A stretch of DNA of 64,000 nucleotides from Lama glama (lineage: Eukaryota): the NCBI GenBank assembly GCA_028534125.1, contig CM052818.1, positions 37,326,001-37,390,000 of the forward strand, read 5' to 3'. Positions 1 to 12,749 of the stretch are shown one piece after another; positions within the stretch are counted from its first letter, which is position 1; each line of letters begins with the position of its first letter. The notes beneath the pieces were generated by a model, which was not told where the DNA came from, did not search any database, and worked only from the letters and a program-made list of their open reading frames with translations. The translations under genes were made by a program, and so were the position numbers.

Positions 1-334
1 GCGTCAAATAACCCAAGTTTGAGATAGCGGAGCAGACAAACAACCTTTCTGCCCTGCTGAGCAGCTTACTAGTGAGGGCAGGATGTGTGTTTCCCAAGGA
101 ACAGCTTCAACAGGTACCCTCAGAGAAACTTCAGGGAATCAGAGGCTCCGGGAATGGGTAGTTTCATTTAATGTAATTTTCTGATTAACTCGGAAAACAT
201 GTTTTCATTCTACCCTTGTTGCTGCAAATCATTCTAAAACATATTTGTTTACTTTTTTGCCTCTGTGAAGGGAAGGAGGGGAGAGGGGAAGGGAGGAAGG
301 GGAATTGAGTCTCTAAGACAGTCTCCTAATTTTT

Positions 335-810
335 AGAATAAAACCTGCAAATGGCCTGCCTTGTGTAGTCTGACCTGGCATCTGCTTACCTCCTTCACAT
401 CATCCACATTGTATCTTCAGCCCACTGGCTATGACCCCCTTTTGGTTCCTCCTGGCTGTTGATGTCAGTGCTGTCCCTTAGGTTTGGAATGATTTGTCTT
501 CCCATCCATCTAACTCATCCTTCATTTCTTGCCAGAGAAGCTTAAAGTCAGAATTTCCGGGGGAACTTCCTGGATCCCCAAGGTCTGGGTAGGGCCCCAT
601 TCAAAGTTGTCTAAGCACACCCTGCCCTTGTTAGAGCATAATGCTTCCCCTGCTCCATGGTACCTGACTGCCGATTGCTTGTCTTCCTCGTAAGGCCCAA
701 GAGGACAGAAACCATGACTGATCTATTCATTGTTATGTTCCAGCATTTAGCATGCTGCCTGACACAACATACGTATTCAGTAGATTTGTTAAATTGAATT
801 AATTCATTGG
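335..810 (+). mobile_element. LINE-2 (L2a-like) 3' fragment
   Basis: Ends in an L2-type 3' tail (ccagcatttagcatgctgcctgacaca...cagtagatttgttaaattgaattaatt) after a pyrimidine-rich L2-like body; boundaries approximate. Confidence 0.6.
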
Positions 811-3184
811 AGGTATTAGGAACTTTAAGGACATCGTCTTAGGCATCGATAACAATGTACACAACAAAAGATGGCACAAATACTGTAGTAATATTCCAGT
901 GTGCTTTTAGGGTAGAATGAGGAAGTTGAGTTCTAGTGAAGGGGATTGGCTTTCCCAGGGCCACGCAGCCATCGAGCTGTCCAGCCAGCACTAGACCCCA
1001 TTTGTCTTCTCTAGGTGGCTTTTTCTGCCTCACCATAACTACCACTGCCAGACTGTGAAGTCACAAATCTCTGCCAGAGTCAAACATGAGGAATGTATTA
1101 TCTCTGAATCCAATGAAGGCTGGAGAACCAGATTTGGAAAAACAACAGGAATTAAGAATGGTGAGGCATTTGGAAGGACAGACTGGAACAGATCCTGGTC
1201 TGAAACAAGTCACGCCTTGGAATTAGCAGGTTAAGATAACTGCCCTGGCACTGGGCGCTCCCTGCCACTGCCCCCGAACCTCACGTTCCTCCCCGTCGGC
1301 TCACAGTCTTGGCACCGCTCTGCTCTCCTACTGAATAATTTCACAATTGTCCCTGCGTTTTTATTTTATTTTATTTTATTTTTTATTCCTTGATAATCCA
1401 AAATATCAGGCAGGAACAGGGAGAGGGAAGAGGGAGGCGACCCAGCTCCATCCTGATTTCTACTGTGTGAGGCAGGTGTGACCAGGACTTAGTCTAGCAG
1501 AGGGGTCCAGGTGCTGGGTAGCATTAAAACAGACAAACAAAACCTTGCCAAACCTTACCACTCACTGCGTCTTTTGGTCTTCAGTGCCTCCATCCCCTAG
1601 GTGACTTGTGGCTCACACAGAGCAGGTTTCCTTTAAGCGCTGAGAATAATGACCTAAGAAGAGGTACTGCTTTCATTTTCACTCTTTTTGAAAGAAAGTT
1701 CTGCACCTGTCCCCTTTCTTTACATATGTCTCCTTTTACCCATCTGGGAAATGAATGTGCTGTTTGGTTGGCCTCTTGGAGCACCATCCTTCTTCTGATG
1801 CTCAGGGGTTGCTTCATAGACCCACTCACTGTGGGATGTTGGTTACTTTCTGTGGAAATGTATGCTTGCCAACTTCTCTGTCTCAGCAAAGAAAGTAGGG
1901 TGACTGCTGAATGTGGCTTGTTGGTTGAGACCCTTGTAGAGTCTCTGTTACCACCCTGGGTGTCCACCTGCCTCTTGTAGAACTTCAGATGAGAGGGGAG
2001 GTATCTTGGAGACTGAGCTCATGCACAGGCCCTAGGACACAGTGAGAAAACCCTACTTCTGGCGAGTGCTCTGAGAGGAATTATCAGTGTTGGTCCTGAA
2101 ACCATATGAGTGATCTCCAAAATGGACTGGTTCTGCAAGTGAAGTGGAAACTGGACTTAGAAAATGTTTTGGCCTCCAGAATTGCACTTCTTGTCTTAGA
2201 GGCCAGTTTTGGCTGGGCTGGCCCATTTATTCAGTGTCCTATTCATTGGGGAATCGACAGCCCTTTAAGTCCACTTAACACACGTTGACGTTACAGGTTT
2301 GCAATGAATTCCAAAACTTTACTGAAGGCAAAAATCCCAAAGTGACAGCCAGAAGGCAGATTGTGACCAGCTTGCACTGATGCCCACTGCTCCTCTGTAC
2401 TCTTGCAGGAACATTGGTATTCATGCAGGCGAGCGTCTTTCTGACCCATTAAATGATTTAAAACCAACTAACAAACAAACCGAATGGCAACCCAGGAAAA
2501 TTCTCCTTGGGACAACGTGGAGCCATTATTCACTGAATGGTAGAAACATTACTCTCTATCCCAGGGTTACTAACTTCTGAGCCTTTAATGGACTTCACAT
2601 TGTACTTAGGGGATTAACAGAGAAGTTTGTAATTGATTCTCTTTGTTGGGGGAAATAAAGAAGACAAGTATTTACCTGGTCATGGGTTACGTTACTGGTG
2701 GAATGTAAAAAGGCTCTCGGTGTTTAGAGCTGGAGAATTGTTTATTTCCTTCTTTTAAGACACAAATTGTGGCTCAAAGTTAAAGAACAAATGTATGTGT
2801 GTGTTCCTTTGTTTTCTAGGTTCCAAATCATGGTTCTTTAAATTTACTCACCTACAGAGGCTCATTGCACTTCCTGGTACACCTCCTGTGTGCCAGATAT
2901 TTTGTAGTCTCCAAGGAGACAGTCTATGTGGTATTGAAGAGCACAAATAGGATTCCAGTCTTCAGTGGGGTAGCAAGGAAGAACAGGAATTAAATTAATA
3001 ATCACACAAATATAAAATTAAAAGGAATGAGTTATTATGGGAAAGAAAACTAGGGGTAGGGGAAGAGGTGGATGAACTTCTCTGAGGAAAAGGCAGTTGC
3101 GTTTAGTTACTGTTGTTGATTGTGTAATTAGGCTCCTGGTGTGTGTTTCTGATTCCTCAACAGCGACTGTTTGGTACCATATCA

Positions 3185-3950
3185 TGATTACTCAGCACTC
3201 AGGTTTCAGTCAGGAAGATGAGGTACTTAATACAGGAATTGGAACTTCCATGGAGTAGGAAGGCCTGGGCAGTGAACTCTAGAAGGTGAGAGTCGGAGGA
3301 TCAACCCGTGATGAATTCTGTCTGAAGTGCTGGTGCGGCTGGCAGGTCAGAGCTTGTGGGAGTGCAGGGAGCATCTCCCACGTCTGCCTGTTGAAGCAGG
3401 GCTGCAACAGGGAGGCAGATGGAGGGGTCTGTGGTAGCAATTAGTCCTCTAGGGACTGCTGCCTCTCTGACAACCCCTGCCCAATGGAAATGCTACTTCT
3501 GAGGATTTGCATCCGAGCATCTTCTGCTGGGCTTGTGGCCCCTGTTGACCAATAGGAGGCAGGGCCAGAGATTGGGTGGACTGGTTGGAATCAGGACAGG
3601 AGAGGAGCAGGGATAAGCTGTGTCCTGTGGGAAACCCTTGCATCTCTTCATCACTCTGACCACCACCATCTTCCAAGGGTAATGATCTTGGCATCACTTT
3701 CATTTTCCAAATCAAGGGTCACCAACCAACTGGGTTGGCTCAAAACTTTCTCAGTTTTAGCAGTGAAAGTCGTATATGCCTGGCAATGCTTCCATTCTGG
3801 GAAAACTGGAGTGGCTGATTACCCTAAAATCTCATGTGAATTCATCTCATTGACAAGCTCTCACCCAAAATGGCATAGGAGAGGAATTCAGGAAAAGGGA
3901 AAACATAATTCCAACCTTAAGCAGGTGCAGTCATACCAAGTTGACCCAGG
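3185..3950 (-). mobile_element. Ancient MaLR (MLT1-like) LTR, interrupted by a MER94-like element
   Basis: Resembles the reverse strand of old MLT1 LTRs (aatctcatgtgaattcatctcattgac...gaattcaggaaaag); highly diverged. Confidence 0.4.
3714..3826. mobile_element. MER94-like hAT-Blackjack non-autonomous DNA transposon
   Basis: Terminal inverted repeats agggtcacc...gattaccct; internal actttctcagttttagcagtgaaagtc typical of MER94; aaatc occurs on both flanks. Confidence 0.7.
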
Positions 3951-6900
3951 CAATCTAGCCTACCAGCTATATCTTGTTTCAGAGATTCGTGATGGCCAGT
4001 ATCCAAACTGTGCTCTCTTAATCAGTATGCTTCCATCCCATTTGGTGTCCCTTTAAGGATTATGACTAGTTTAAGTCACATTTAAAATAACACTACTTTG
4101 ATGACAGAAGAAATTTTATAATAATCTCCAATACTCAATTTAAATCTTTTGTGGGTTAGCCTCTATTTTGATTGCTTTTGTTATCACTCTAGTTTGTTAG
4201 CTTGTGTAAGTGGAAATTAAAGTGCTCCAGACACGTCCATGCTCTGGGCACTTCCATTCTCCTGGCACCAGAGCAGAGAACCAATCCTACGGTTACAAGT
4301 GCTCAGCATGGAGTGAAATCTTAAATCCTTTTGATGGAGAGTTTGCCAGGTGTGAAATGAGGAGAAGTTAGTGGGATGCCGTGGGGTTCCATTATGATAA
4401 ATGGCTGGGTCTTCCCAACAGACCATTGTTGATTGCAGAGTAACATGCCTTGACCCCAGGGTATGTGCCAAGCATTATAGGAGTGTGAACATCGGTGGCC
4501 AGAATCAGGGTTGTTGCAGGTAAAGGAAAGGGGAAAAAAAAGTTAGCAAGAAAAGCCAACCATAAGATTTGAAAAAAAAAAAGGAGAAAGGAGATCTGTG
4601 CTGCGTATGACTGCCAGAACAATTCAGTAATGTCTGAGGAGGGCTTGGATTTATTGGCAATGAAGCAGGCAAGCTTGGGGCCATTCGTGAGGGCTCAGCC
4701 CTTATAAATGATTTGGAGGACTTTGTAGCGTGGTAAGTAAGTGTAATGGTTTTTGTATTGAACTGTGGTACCCTCAGCCAACTTGAAAGAACCAAGATTC
4801 CCTAGAATTCAATTTACTTTGCATTAACGGGAGATCTGATGCTCATCTGCTCTAACTGCTTCTTTTATCTAAGCTGCTAAAGAGTCACATGGTTTAGGAA
4901 GAAAATTAAGAGATTTCACATGTGTTGCTCTAAGCAAAATCATTTTGTTATCTACTTTAATGAGAGCGTGGATGAGTTTTCCTGTTTTAATAATCACTGT
5001 GTCTTAAACTTCTCTTCCATGAAGGCAATATCAACAGAAACTCTCTGGAGGCTTTATCTTTATACGATTAGTTTTTCTCTCTCTACCATCTGAAGTCCTT
5101 GAAATTGTTTTTAAAACAGTAGAAGGCATGTCCTTTCTGTGAGCCCTCAAGTCATGTAGAAGGGAAATGGACATTACAGTATTACTTGGAAGAGGGGACT
5201 GGCATAATCTGAGGTCTCTATCTGAATTCACATTTGACTGTACTCAAGTTATTTTATTTTTATTTATTTTATCTTCTTTTATTTTTATTTTTGCATGTGA
5301 AAGACCTTTATGGATCTCTGTGGTCTTGGTCACTAAGGAGTAAATGTGTGTGTTCATTGCACTTACACCTGTTAGGAATTCCTAAGAACCAGGGAAATTA
5401 ATTCTGAAGTGTTAAACGAGTCTAGCCTTTTGGGTGAATCTATCTTGCATGGTTAAAGATAGACTCATCATAATTTCTGTAGTTCCACAATTTGCACCCA
5501 AAAAATCCAGCAACCCCTAGCGAATGATACTTTATCAAAGTCTTCCAGCCCTGTCTCAGACTTAAGTTTAACACTACATTTATCCTTAATGCATTTATGT
5601 GTATATTATTTATGTCCTCTCTACTTTTAAAGTATTTAAAATAGCTCACAATGTAAGAAAAGTTTAAAGTAACCTTTGAAGTAGGAAAAAATAAGAAGGA
5701 TAAATGACATGTCAAACACAAATTAACAGTAAACTACTTGGAACTCTAACAAAAAGAACAGGAAGAGATGCGCTTTAATCTTAATCATCTGGTTCCAAGA
5801 GATGCAGTGTCTTTGGGGCAGAGAAACACTTCTAGAAATAAACATTAGATGGTAATGTTTGAGCCCTCGCGTCAGGATGCAATGTACACTGTTTTCAGTG
5901 ATGATTTTTGTAGGTTATACTGACATATATTGATATGGCTAATTTTTATTGGCCCTTGACATAAAAACAAAGATACGGTATTGAATTATGGTCAGTAAGA
6001 ATGTTTCTGTACAGGGCGAGTCTAATAGGATCTAGGTAAGTTGCTTCCAGGCCGTATATTGATCAAAGGGTCAAATCAAGAGTGCTCAGAAGAAGGATAG
6101 GTCTCATAGGCCACAGACATGCAAGCAATGAAATTTAAGCCACTGCAATTCCTTGAAAATTCAGTGTAGTTTTATATTTGGCATTTTTCAAAGGGAAATT
6201 ATCACTGGTGTTTTGCAGTAAATTGAAATTTTCTGTATAATATTAACCACTAAGATAGGGCTGATACATTATATTTACATATTTCTCATCATCTTTAAAA
6301 AGAAGTTTTATTCATTTTTATGTTAAAGAATTACTGGGGAACTCCATGAGGCTGTGTCTTGCTCGGTACTTGGAACCACTTGTAATGCTCCAGTGGGTTC
6401 CCTGTTTCTCCTTTTCTTCCTGTAGGTTCTGAGGAGTCGGTCTGTTTTCTTCAACTCTTCCATTGGGATTCTTTTTCTCTCACATCTGACTTCAAAATAA
6501 AAGATTCTCTCAAAATAGTCTCATTTCCCTGCAGTTTCCTTAGCCAAGCATCTCAAAAACAAAAACAACGAAACAAAAGCAGGGTTCAGTCTCTTGCCTT
6601 ACCCCAACTCCTCCCTGAATCAGGCGTCAGTAATCCTCTTCCCAAAACAGTCAGACTTTTTGAAACTATTTACTAAATTTAAGCCAAATGTCATCCTTTC
6701 TTATGTAGTCCTTGACTGTTCTCCAACTTTTAATATCTTTGACTTGTCCTTTTTTCATAAACTTCCTCCTAGCTCTCCAGGCTTTTGCTCTGGTTAATCT
6801 GCAAGACTCCCCTTGGTGGAAACACCCATCTTGATTTTGGGAGCTCTCCCCAGCGTTCTGTCCCTGGCCTTTATACCCTGATCCTCCCTCCCGTTCTCTT

Positions 6901-7029
6901 GTATGCAGTCTCTTTAGGTGATGTCATTCACTCCTGTGACTTCAACCATATGGGACCCATTTATTCTGTCTCCTGTCACAATTTCTTAAACAGTTTCCGC
7001 CTCTAACTTCACTGTCTGAATCAAAGTCC

Positions 7030-7620
7030 ATAGATTGAAGGGAAGGCTGGGTGTCTCTCCGGAAGGACCCTACCATGCCATAGCAAGTGTATACAGTGAG
7101 GATTCCCTTCATTCATTCCCAAAGTGACATGTGGCTCTTTACATGCTCAGTTCTACACTGGGAAAGGGAATCCCTAGACTTTTGAAGCCTGTGGAGTATA
7201 AGGTCTGAGCTGACACTGATGCTCTGATCTCCACAGCGTAGTCACTACCCTTTGGTCAGAAGAAGGGCATCAGGAAGTCAGGGGGTAAATGGAGCTCTGG
7301 CCCAGGTCTGTCTCACAGTAGACACAATCAGTCCACAGATCCACATTGTATATTGTTCCCAGAAGCTGGCTGAAGTCTCATTTGAGTTCCTTGATCCTCA
7401 GAACAAGAGAAATTATTACAGGAAAGATTGAGTCAAAGACTAAAACTGCCTACTCATCTAAGGCAGCACCCTCTGCTCCAGCCGAGGTAATAAACCAAAG
7501 CATCTACCATATTCCAAGTGGAATGAGGGATGTTAGTGCCATTCTCAGAGACTGAAAGCATGCAGGATGTTGGCCCACTTTATTTCTAAATTTAACCAGG
7601 ACTCAAAGCGACTCCTATTG
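7030..7620 (+). mobile_element. ERVL-type internal remnant (protease and start of RT)
   Basis: Frameshifted translation resembles ERVL protease (..LHWGKGN..TF....GSELTL..; GSQGVNGALAQVCLTV) and the RT start (VINQSIYHIPSGMRDVSAILRD*KHAG versus ERVL IVNQKQYRIPGGIAEISATIKDLKDAG). Confidence 0.75.
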
Positions 7621-7917
7621 AACACTTCCCTCTTTTCTGGACAAAATTGGAGTCGTTGCTGGACCCATGTTGCTGCTAAGAATCTAAGGTCACTATTTCT
7701 CTTCTTGAGGCCACCTATTCAAGATTCGTAGTCCCAAGTGGGAACTTCTAACTAGTTCAGCCAAGGTCACATTCTGCTGGTCTGGCTGCTGGGTTTAGTA
7801 GTAGTGAGGGGCGCAGTGGAAGAGGGGGAAGAAGAAAATTAGTTACCACGGCCACTGTGGATAGAACGAGAGGACAAGATGAAGAGCAGTCTGGGGTGGA
7901 GATGAAAGAGCAGATGA

Positions 7918-8738
7918 ACCAGTCAGAATGGCCACCATTAAAAAGTCCACAAACGATAAATGCTGGAGAGGGTGTGGCGAAAGGGAACCCTCCTACAGTG
8001 CCGGTGGGAATGTAGTTTGGTGCAGTCATTATGGAAAACAGAATGGAGATTTCTCAAAAAATCCAAAACAGACTTACCTTATGATCCAGCAATCCCACTC
8101 TTGATCATATATCCGGAGGGAACTCTAATTCGGAAAGATACATGCACCCCAATGTTCACAGAAGCACTATTTACAATAGCCAACACATGGAAATAACCTA
8201 AATGTCCATCGACAGATGACTGGATAAAAAATTGTAGTACATTTTTTACAATGGAATACTACTCAGCCATAAAAGAATAAAATAATGCCATTTACAGAAA
8301 CATGGATGGACCTGGAGATCATCATTCTAAGTGAAATAAGCAAAAGGAAAGTACCATATGATGTTACTCACATGAGGAATCTTAAAAAAAAAAAAAGGAA
8401 GAAGAAGAAAAGGAAAAAAAAGGATACTAAGGAACTTATCTACAAAACAGAAACAGACTTGCAGACATGTAAACAATCTTATGATTACTGGGGGAGAGGA
8501 GGTGGAAAGGGATAAATTTGGGAGTCTGAGATTTGCAAATGTTAACCACTATGCATAAAACAGATAAAAAACATTTCTTCTGTATAGCACAGGCAAATCT
8601 ATTCAATATCATATAATAACTTTTAAGAAAAAGAATATGAAAATGAATATATGTATGTATATACGTGACTGGGACATTGTGCTGTACACCAGAAGGTAAC
8701 ACATTGTAACTGACTGTACTTTAATTAAAAAAAAAAAA
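7918..8738 (+). mobile_element. Relatively young 5'-truncated L1 (ORF2 C-terminus, 3'UTR, poly-A)
   Basis: ORF2 C-terminal motif [13 protein letters not shown]...KDTCTPMFTEALFTIA.TWK, then MPFTETWMDLEIIILSEIS, a 3'UTR, and a poly-A tail at 8727-8738. Confidence 0.93.
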
Positions 8739-9075
8739 TGAGGACTTAGCCCTTTAGGGTATTTAGGTCCCAGTTAGCACTTTGACTTTATCTTTCAATA
8801 GCAGAACGATTGAAAGTTTTAAGAAGGGGTATGGCATAGCAAATTCTGCCTTTTACAAAGGTTACTTGAGGTGCTTTGTAAGGAATGGGTAAGAGTGCCA
8901 TGAACAGACGTGGAGGATTCCCAGATGTGAAAGTTTTCTTCGTGAATTGTTGCAGGGTATGACGGAGGCTCAGGCTGGAAAAGGAAATGGAGACATGGGG
9001 TAGTTTTATAAATTGCTTTAGTTGTCTTTAGGGCCATTTGGTTGTCAGATAAAAGGGTAAGAGATGTTAAGTATC

Positions 9076-10614
9076 CAGTGTTGTACCAAGGGTGGGACCC
9101 TGAGAACCATCTACCCTGGATTTAGGCAATAAGAGTATTTATTGTCTGTAGAGCATTTAAAATGAAAAGTACAACTCACTAAAGGTAGTTCTGTATTATC
9201 ATTATGCTCCAAAATTTTTCAATTAAAAATGTTTTAGATGCAACTTACATGTACAATTCAGTCATTTTAAGTGTTCCATCAGCTTTGACAAATGCATACA
9301 CCTGTGTAACAACCAGTAATATATAATTTACATATGTGTAATTTAATATATTTTATATACACACACAAAAACACCCCCCATAGGATTTTTGTTTTTGTTT
9401 TTGTTTGTCCTGTTTGTTGTACAGTTCTAGGAATCTTTAGACCTGAATCGGCTCAGGGAACTATCGTCACACTCGGGATACAAGTAATCATATTGATAAT
9501 TAATATTAGTGATAAAACATTTTTCTCAGAAAAATCTTTTATTGGTTTAAGTTCTAGCAATCCCTGTAGTTACTTTTGAGTTAGTAATATATATGACACT
9601 TTAAATTGGCACTTGTTTATAATTTGTCCTGTGTAGTCTGTCTTCAAGGAAGCTTACTTGGCATTCTCTCAGTTACACATGTGGTTCCCCACACCTCACA
9701 TGTGTGAACTCAACCATGTGAGTTCATCAGGGCAGCAGGGCCTAAAGATTCAGGATTCTTTTAGTTTGTTTTGGATACATTTCGTATTTCCAAGCCCAGT
9801 AATGCTGCATATGCCTGGATTTAAATAACAGGCATGAATAAAGAATGACAGCATAGTGATTGTAAAGATGAAGAAAATAACTTGAATTATTTCAATTCTG
9901 TCATTCTAAGTGACCACTTGGGGTTTTTATTTGTACTTAAAAATTTTTTGACAGTGGAACAGTTGAAACCTGCTCAGGAGAGATTCTGAAGAAAAAAGTG
10001 ACATGCACAGGATAGCACTGGCTGGATTTTTATTTTGTAAAATGTGGTTTTTATGAATCTCTGCTGAATTTATCCTTTGTTTAAGTCTTCTCTCAACTAT
10101 TTGTATGGCTGCTATTTCATGTCAAGGAAAAATTTGCAAACTAAAATGAATAAAAAAAGTTCTCTAACTATGAGTGAAGAAAGATGGACAAATCTGTTGT
10201 ACTGCCTTTCAGGCATGACTGTGTGAAGAAGATCAATTCTGACCTTGACAAATTTGCAGAATTTAAGACTCAGAAACAGAAACGATATTATTCATTACTG
10301 CAACACCAATATGTAGGTAGAGTTTTCCCCATTTTTATAAAAAATCCATTACTCTACTTTAAATGTGTGAAGGATTTATTTTTCCTTTTTTTTTCACCAT
10401 AAACATAATTTAATTTTAATCATATGTATCAATTATTTAATTTCTAGCAGATTACATATTGGCCAAGTTCAATAAAAACATTTTTCACTGTTTGAGTTTC
10501 TGTCGTAATCTCTACTACTATTCATTCCGTTTCATGATTATTACTGAGAATAGTTTTGTTGTGTTGAGAAGGGTGTCGTTGTTCCAGTTGTCAGATACCC
10601 TGATTCTGGGGCTG
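9076..10614 (+). mobile_element. hAT-Tip100 DNA transposon fossil (Arthur1-like), internally deleted and interrupted at about 9211-9497
   Basis: 5' end cagtgttgtaccaagggtggg...ggcaataag...attgtctgtagagcatttaaa matches the Arthur1-type terminus as I recall it. The sequence resumes at about 9500 (agtgataaaacatttttctcagaaaaatctttt) and carries a transposase C-terminal remnant at 10050-10285. Confidence 0.7.
10050..10285 (+). pseudogene. Decayed hAT transposase C-terminal dimerisation domain
   Basis: Translation across frameshifts gives NLS.CL.L..TIC.A..SC.....KLK.IK.VL..MSEERWTNL...HD..KKIN.D.DKFAEFKTQKQK. This matches the hAT motif SVASCERSFSKLKLIKS.LRSTMSEERL.NLA.LSIE. Confidence 0.8.
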
Positions 10615-10629
10615 CCTCGTTCCTTTCTG

Positions 10630-11290
10630 GTTTTATGAGGTGAGCAGCTTGGTGAAGGAGGATGCCATTTCCTCCCATGAGGAGCATTGAAAGAGAGGCA
10701 GGCTCAGGTGAGATGATCACATTGGCGGGGCATGTTGAGTTTTGAGATGTCGTAGAAAGGCCCATTTGAAGATATCATGTGGGCAGGTGGACACAAGGCC
10801 CTGCCATTCAGAAGAGAAGCTTGGGCCTGATGTATACATTTGTCAGTCACCAAGGCGCAGAGAGAAATGGAAATAATGGGAAGGAATAGGACTCCCTAGG
10901 GAGAATGTGCTGTGTGAGAATTTAAGATGCCCAAGGACTGACTCCTAAGGAATATCAACATCCAAAAATAGGTAAAGATGAGCCAGCAAAAGGAACTGGG
11001 GAGAAGTGATCGGAAAGTAGGGAGAAAAAGAGGGAAACTGAGGTGTCACAGCAGCCAGGGAGTCGGCTATGGGTCAACTATGATAAAAGTTACGCAGGCA
11101 TTGGGTAAGATGCGGACAGAAAAGTATGCATGGGACTTAAGGAAGCAGAACTTCTGCTGACCACATGAGAGCAGATTCAGGGGGTGCTGCGGATGGAAGC
11201 AACATGTTAGAAAGCTGGGGAGGTGGGTAGAAATTAAGAAATTGGACACAGGGAACAAAGATGACTCTTTGAAGGATCCTGTCTGTATGT
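10630..11290 (-). mobile_element. LINE-2 internal fragment
   Basis: Purine-rich antisense L2 hallmarks (gggcatgttgagttttgagatg, ggtggacac, gtgtcacagcagccaggg, aagatgcggacagaaaag). Confidence 0.7.
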
Positions 11291-12074
11291 AGTTGGGAGA
11301 AGATAATGATTCCAGTAGTGGCTGGAGTTAGCTCACGGGAAGGATCCAGGGAGAGAGGGAGATGGATAGCTTAAAACTCATTGAAGGGAACCACAGCAGA
11401 ACTAGAGGAACTGGCCACCTAATGGGTAGTACGAGGCGAAAAGGAAAGAACACAAAGACGCAGATGATACATGTCAGATGGATTACTTACATCTACTGTG
11501 TAAGTTTTATTTAGATTAGTAAAGTATGATTTGGTAGTCCCTACGATCTTGCCAGAGTTCTTCTATTTGGTCTCAAATCCAGAAATCTGAGCGCTTTGGA
11601 AAGCTAATGATAACATTTTGAAATTTGTAGCTTTGATTAATCTTTTCAAGTCACATCAGCCTCAAGCACCACAAAGATCTATTGTTGGGTCATATGACAA
11701 GCATCCAGACCACTGTTTTCTGAAGTGATGCCAACATATCTCATTTTTTTTTCATTCTTTTGGTTCTATGACCATAAAATAGAAAACATCCATAATTGAA
11801 TGACGTTACTGGTTTGATTTTGAGATTGATTAAGCTGTTATTGTTATACTTTTTATTTAATGTCCAAGAACATAACTTCCTGGGCTACTCATGCTAAGCA
11901 GTACTACATTTTTAAATGCCACGGTACTATTTGTAATATCAAAGAACTAATTATCTGGGTTATAAATCTGGATCTACTAATCTTCTGTTAAATCTCAGTA
12001 GGACTCGTTTATTTGAACCTGTCATTGCATAGCATGTCACTGATGTATCATATCATATGTCAAATCATATTCTT

Positions 12075-12077
<3 letters not shown>

Positions 12078-12133
<56 letters not shown>
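12078..12133. repeat. Compound (AC)n(TA)n microsatellite
   Basis: Directly visible: about 21 AC units followed by about 6 TA units. Confidence 0.98.
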
Positions 12134-12749
12134 GAGTTTGATCACGGACTTTAAGGTTATAGTCGACATCAGGTCTTGGTTGTGAATCTGTTCGCCCTGT
12201 CTTCTTGAACATATGGTCCGTCAGCTGTATGCTACGTGTCTCAGTATTCCTCCATTTCTTCTCATCTTTCCTTCTTTTTCTGGAGAGGCATGGCAGCCAC
12301 TGTAGAAAAGCTGGATATACCTGGTGGTTGGCAAAACTGCCCCCCTAGCCAGGTACCTGGGTTACTTCGTAGAGCAGAGGTTGCCTGTTCGGACGGGTTG
12401 TTTTATTAAAGTGAATCTTGTGTCTCGTTGGAGTCACTTGGTTTTGATACAGGAGCCTAAACTTAACCCTAACTAAAATAAACCTTAGTCCCTGGAAGTG
12501 GGATTCTGCCGTAACAAAAGCCTAAAACACGTTTCGTTGACTCAGAGGTTAGCTGTTGGACCGTGAAGGAACAGATACTGCAGGCTGGAAGCTGATACTT
12601 AACTAGGCCACAGCAGACTTGCTGGTAAAACTTTTCGGTAAAACAAGTTAGCAAGTTGACACTGTGCCTGGTGGGGATGATACGTCTGTGGAAGTAGTTG
12701 GACAGGGCTGTCATGTTACGGTATCATGTGTACTCCCTGCTGCTTTCAC

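Noticed and set aside
4590..4745. Plus-strand exon ending at the donor gtg|gtaagt
   Set aside because: No convincing upstream acceptor or open frame; the INDLED-like peptide may be a CR1/L3 trace or chance.
8285..8515. ORF with a poly-lysine, NLS-like run
   Set aside because: It is the L1 ORF2 end reading into an A-rich expansion of the 3'UTR, not a gene.
10184..10402. 72-aa ATG ORF as a host micro-protein
   Set aside because: Explained as a frameshifted hAT transposase remnant.
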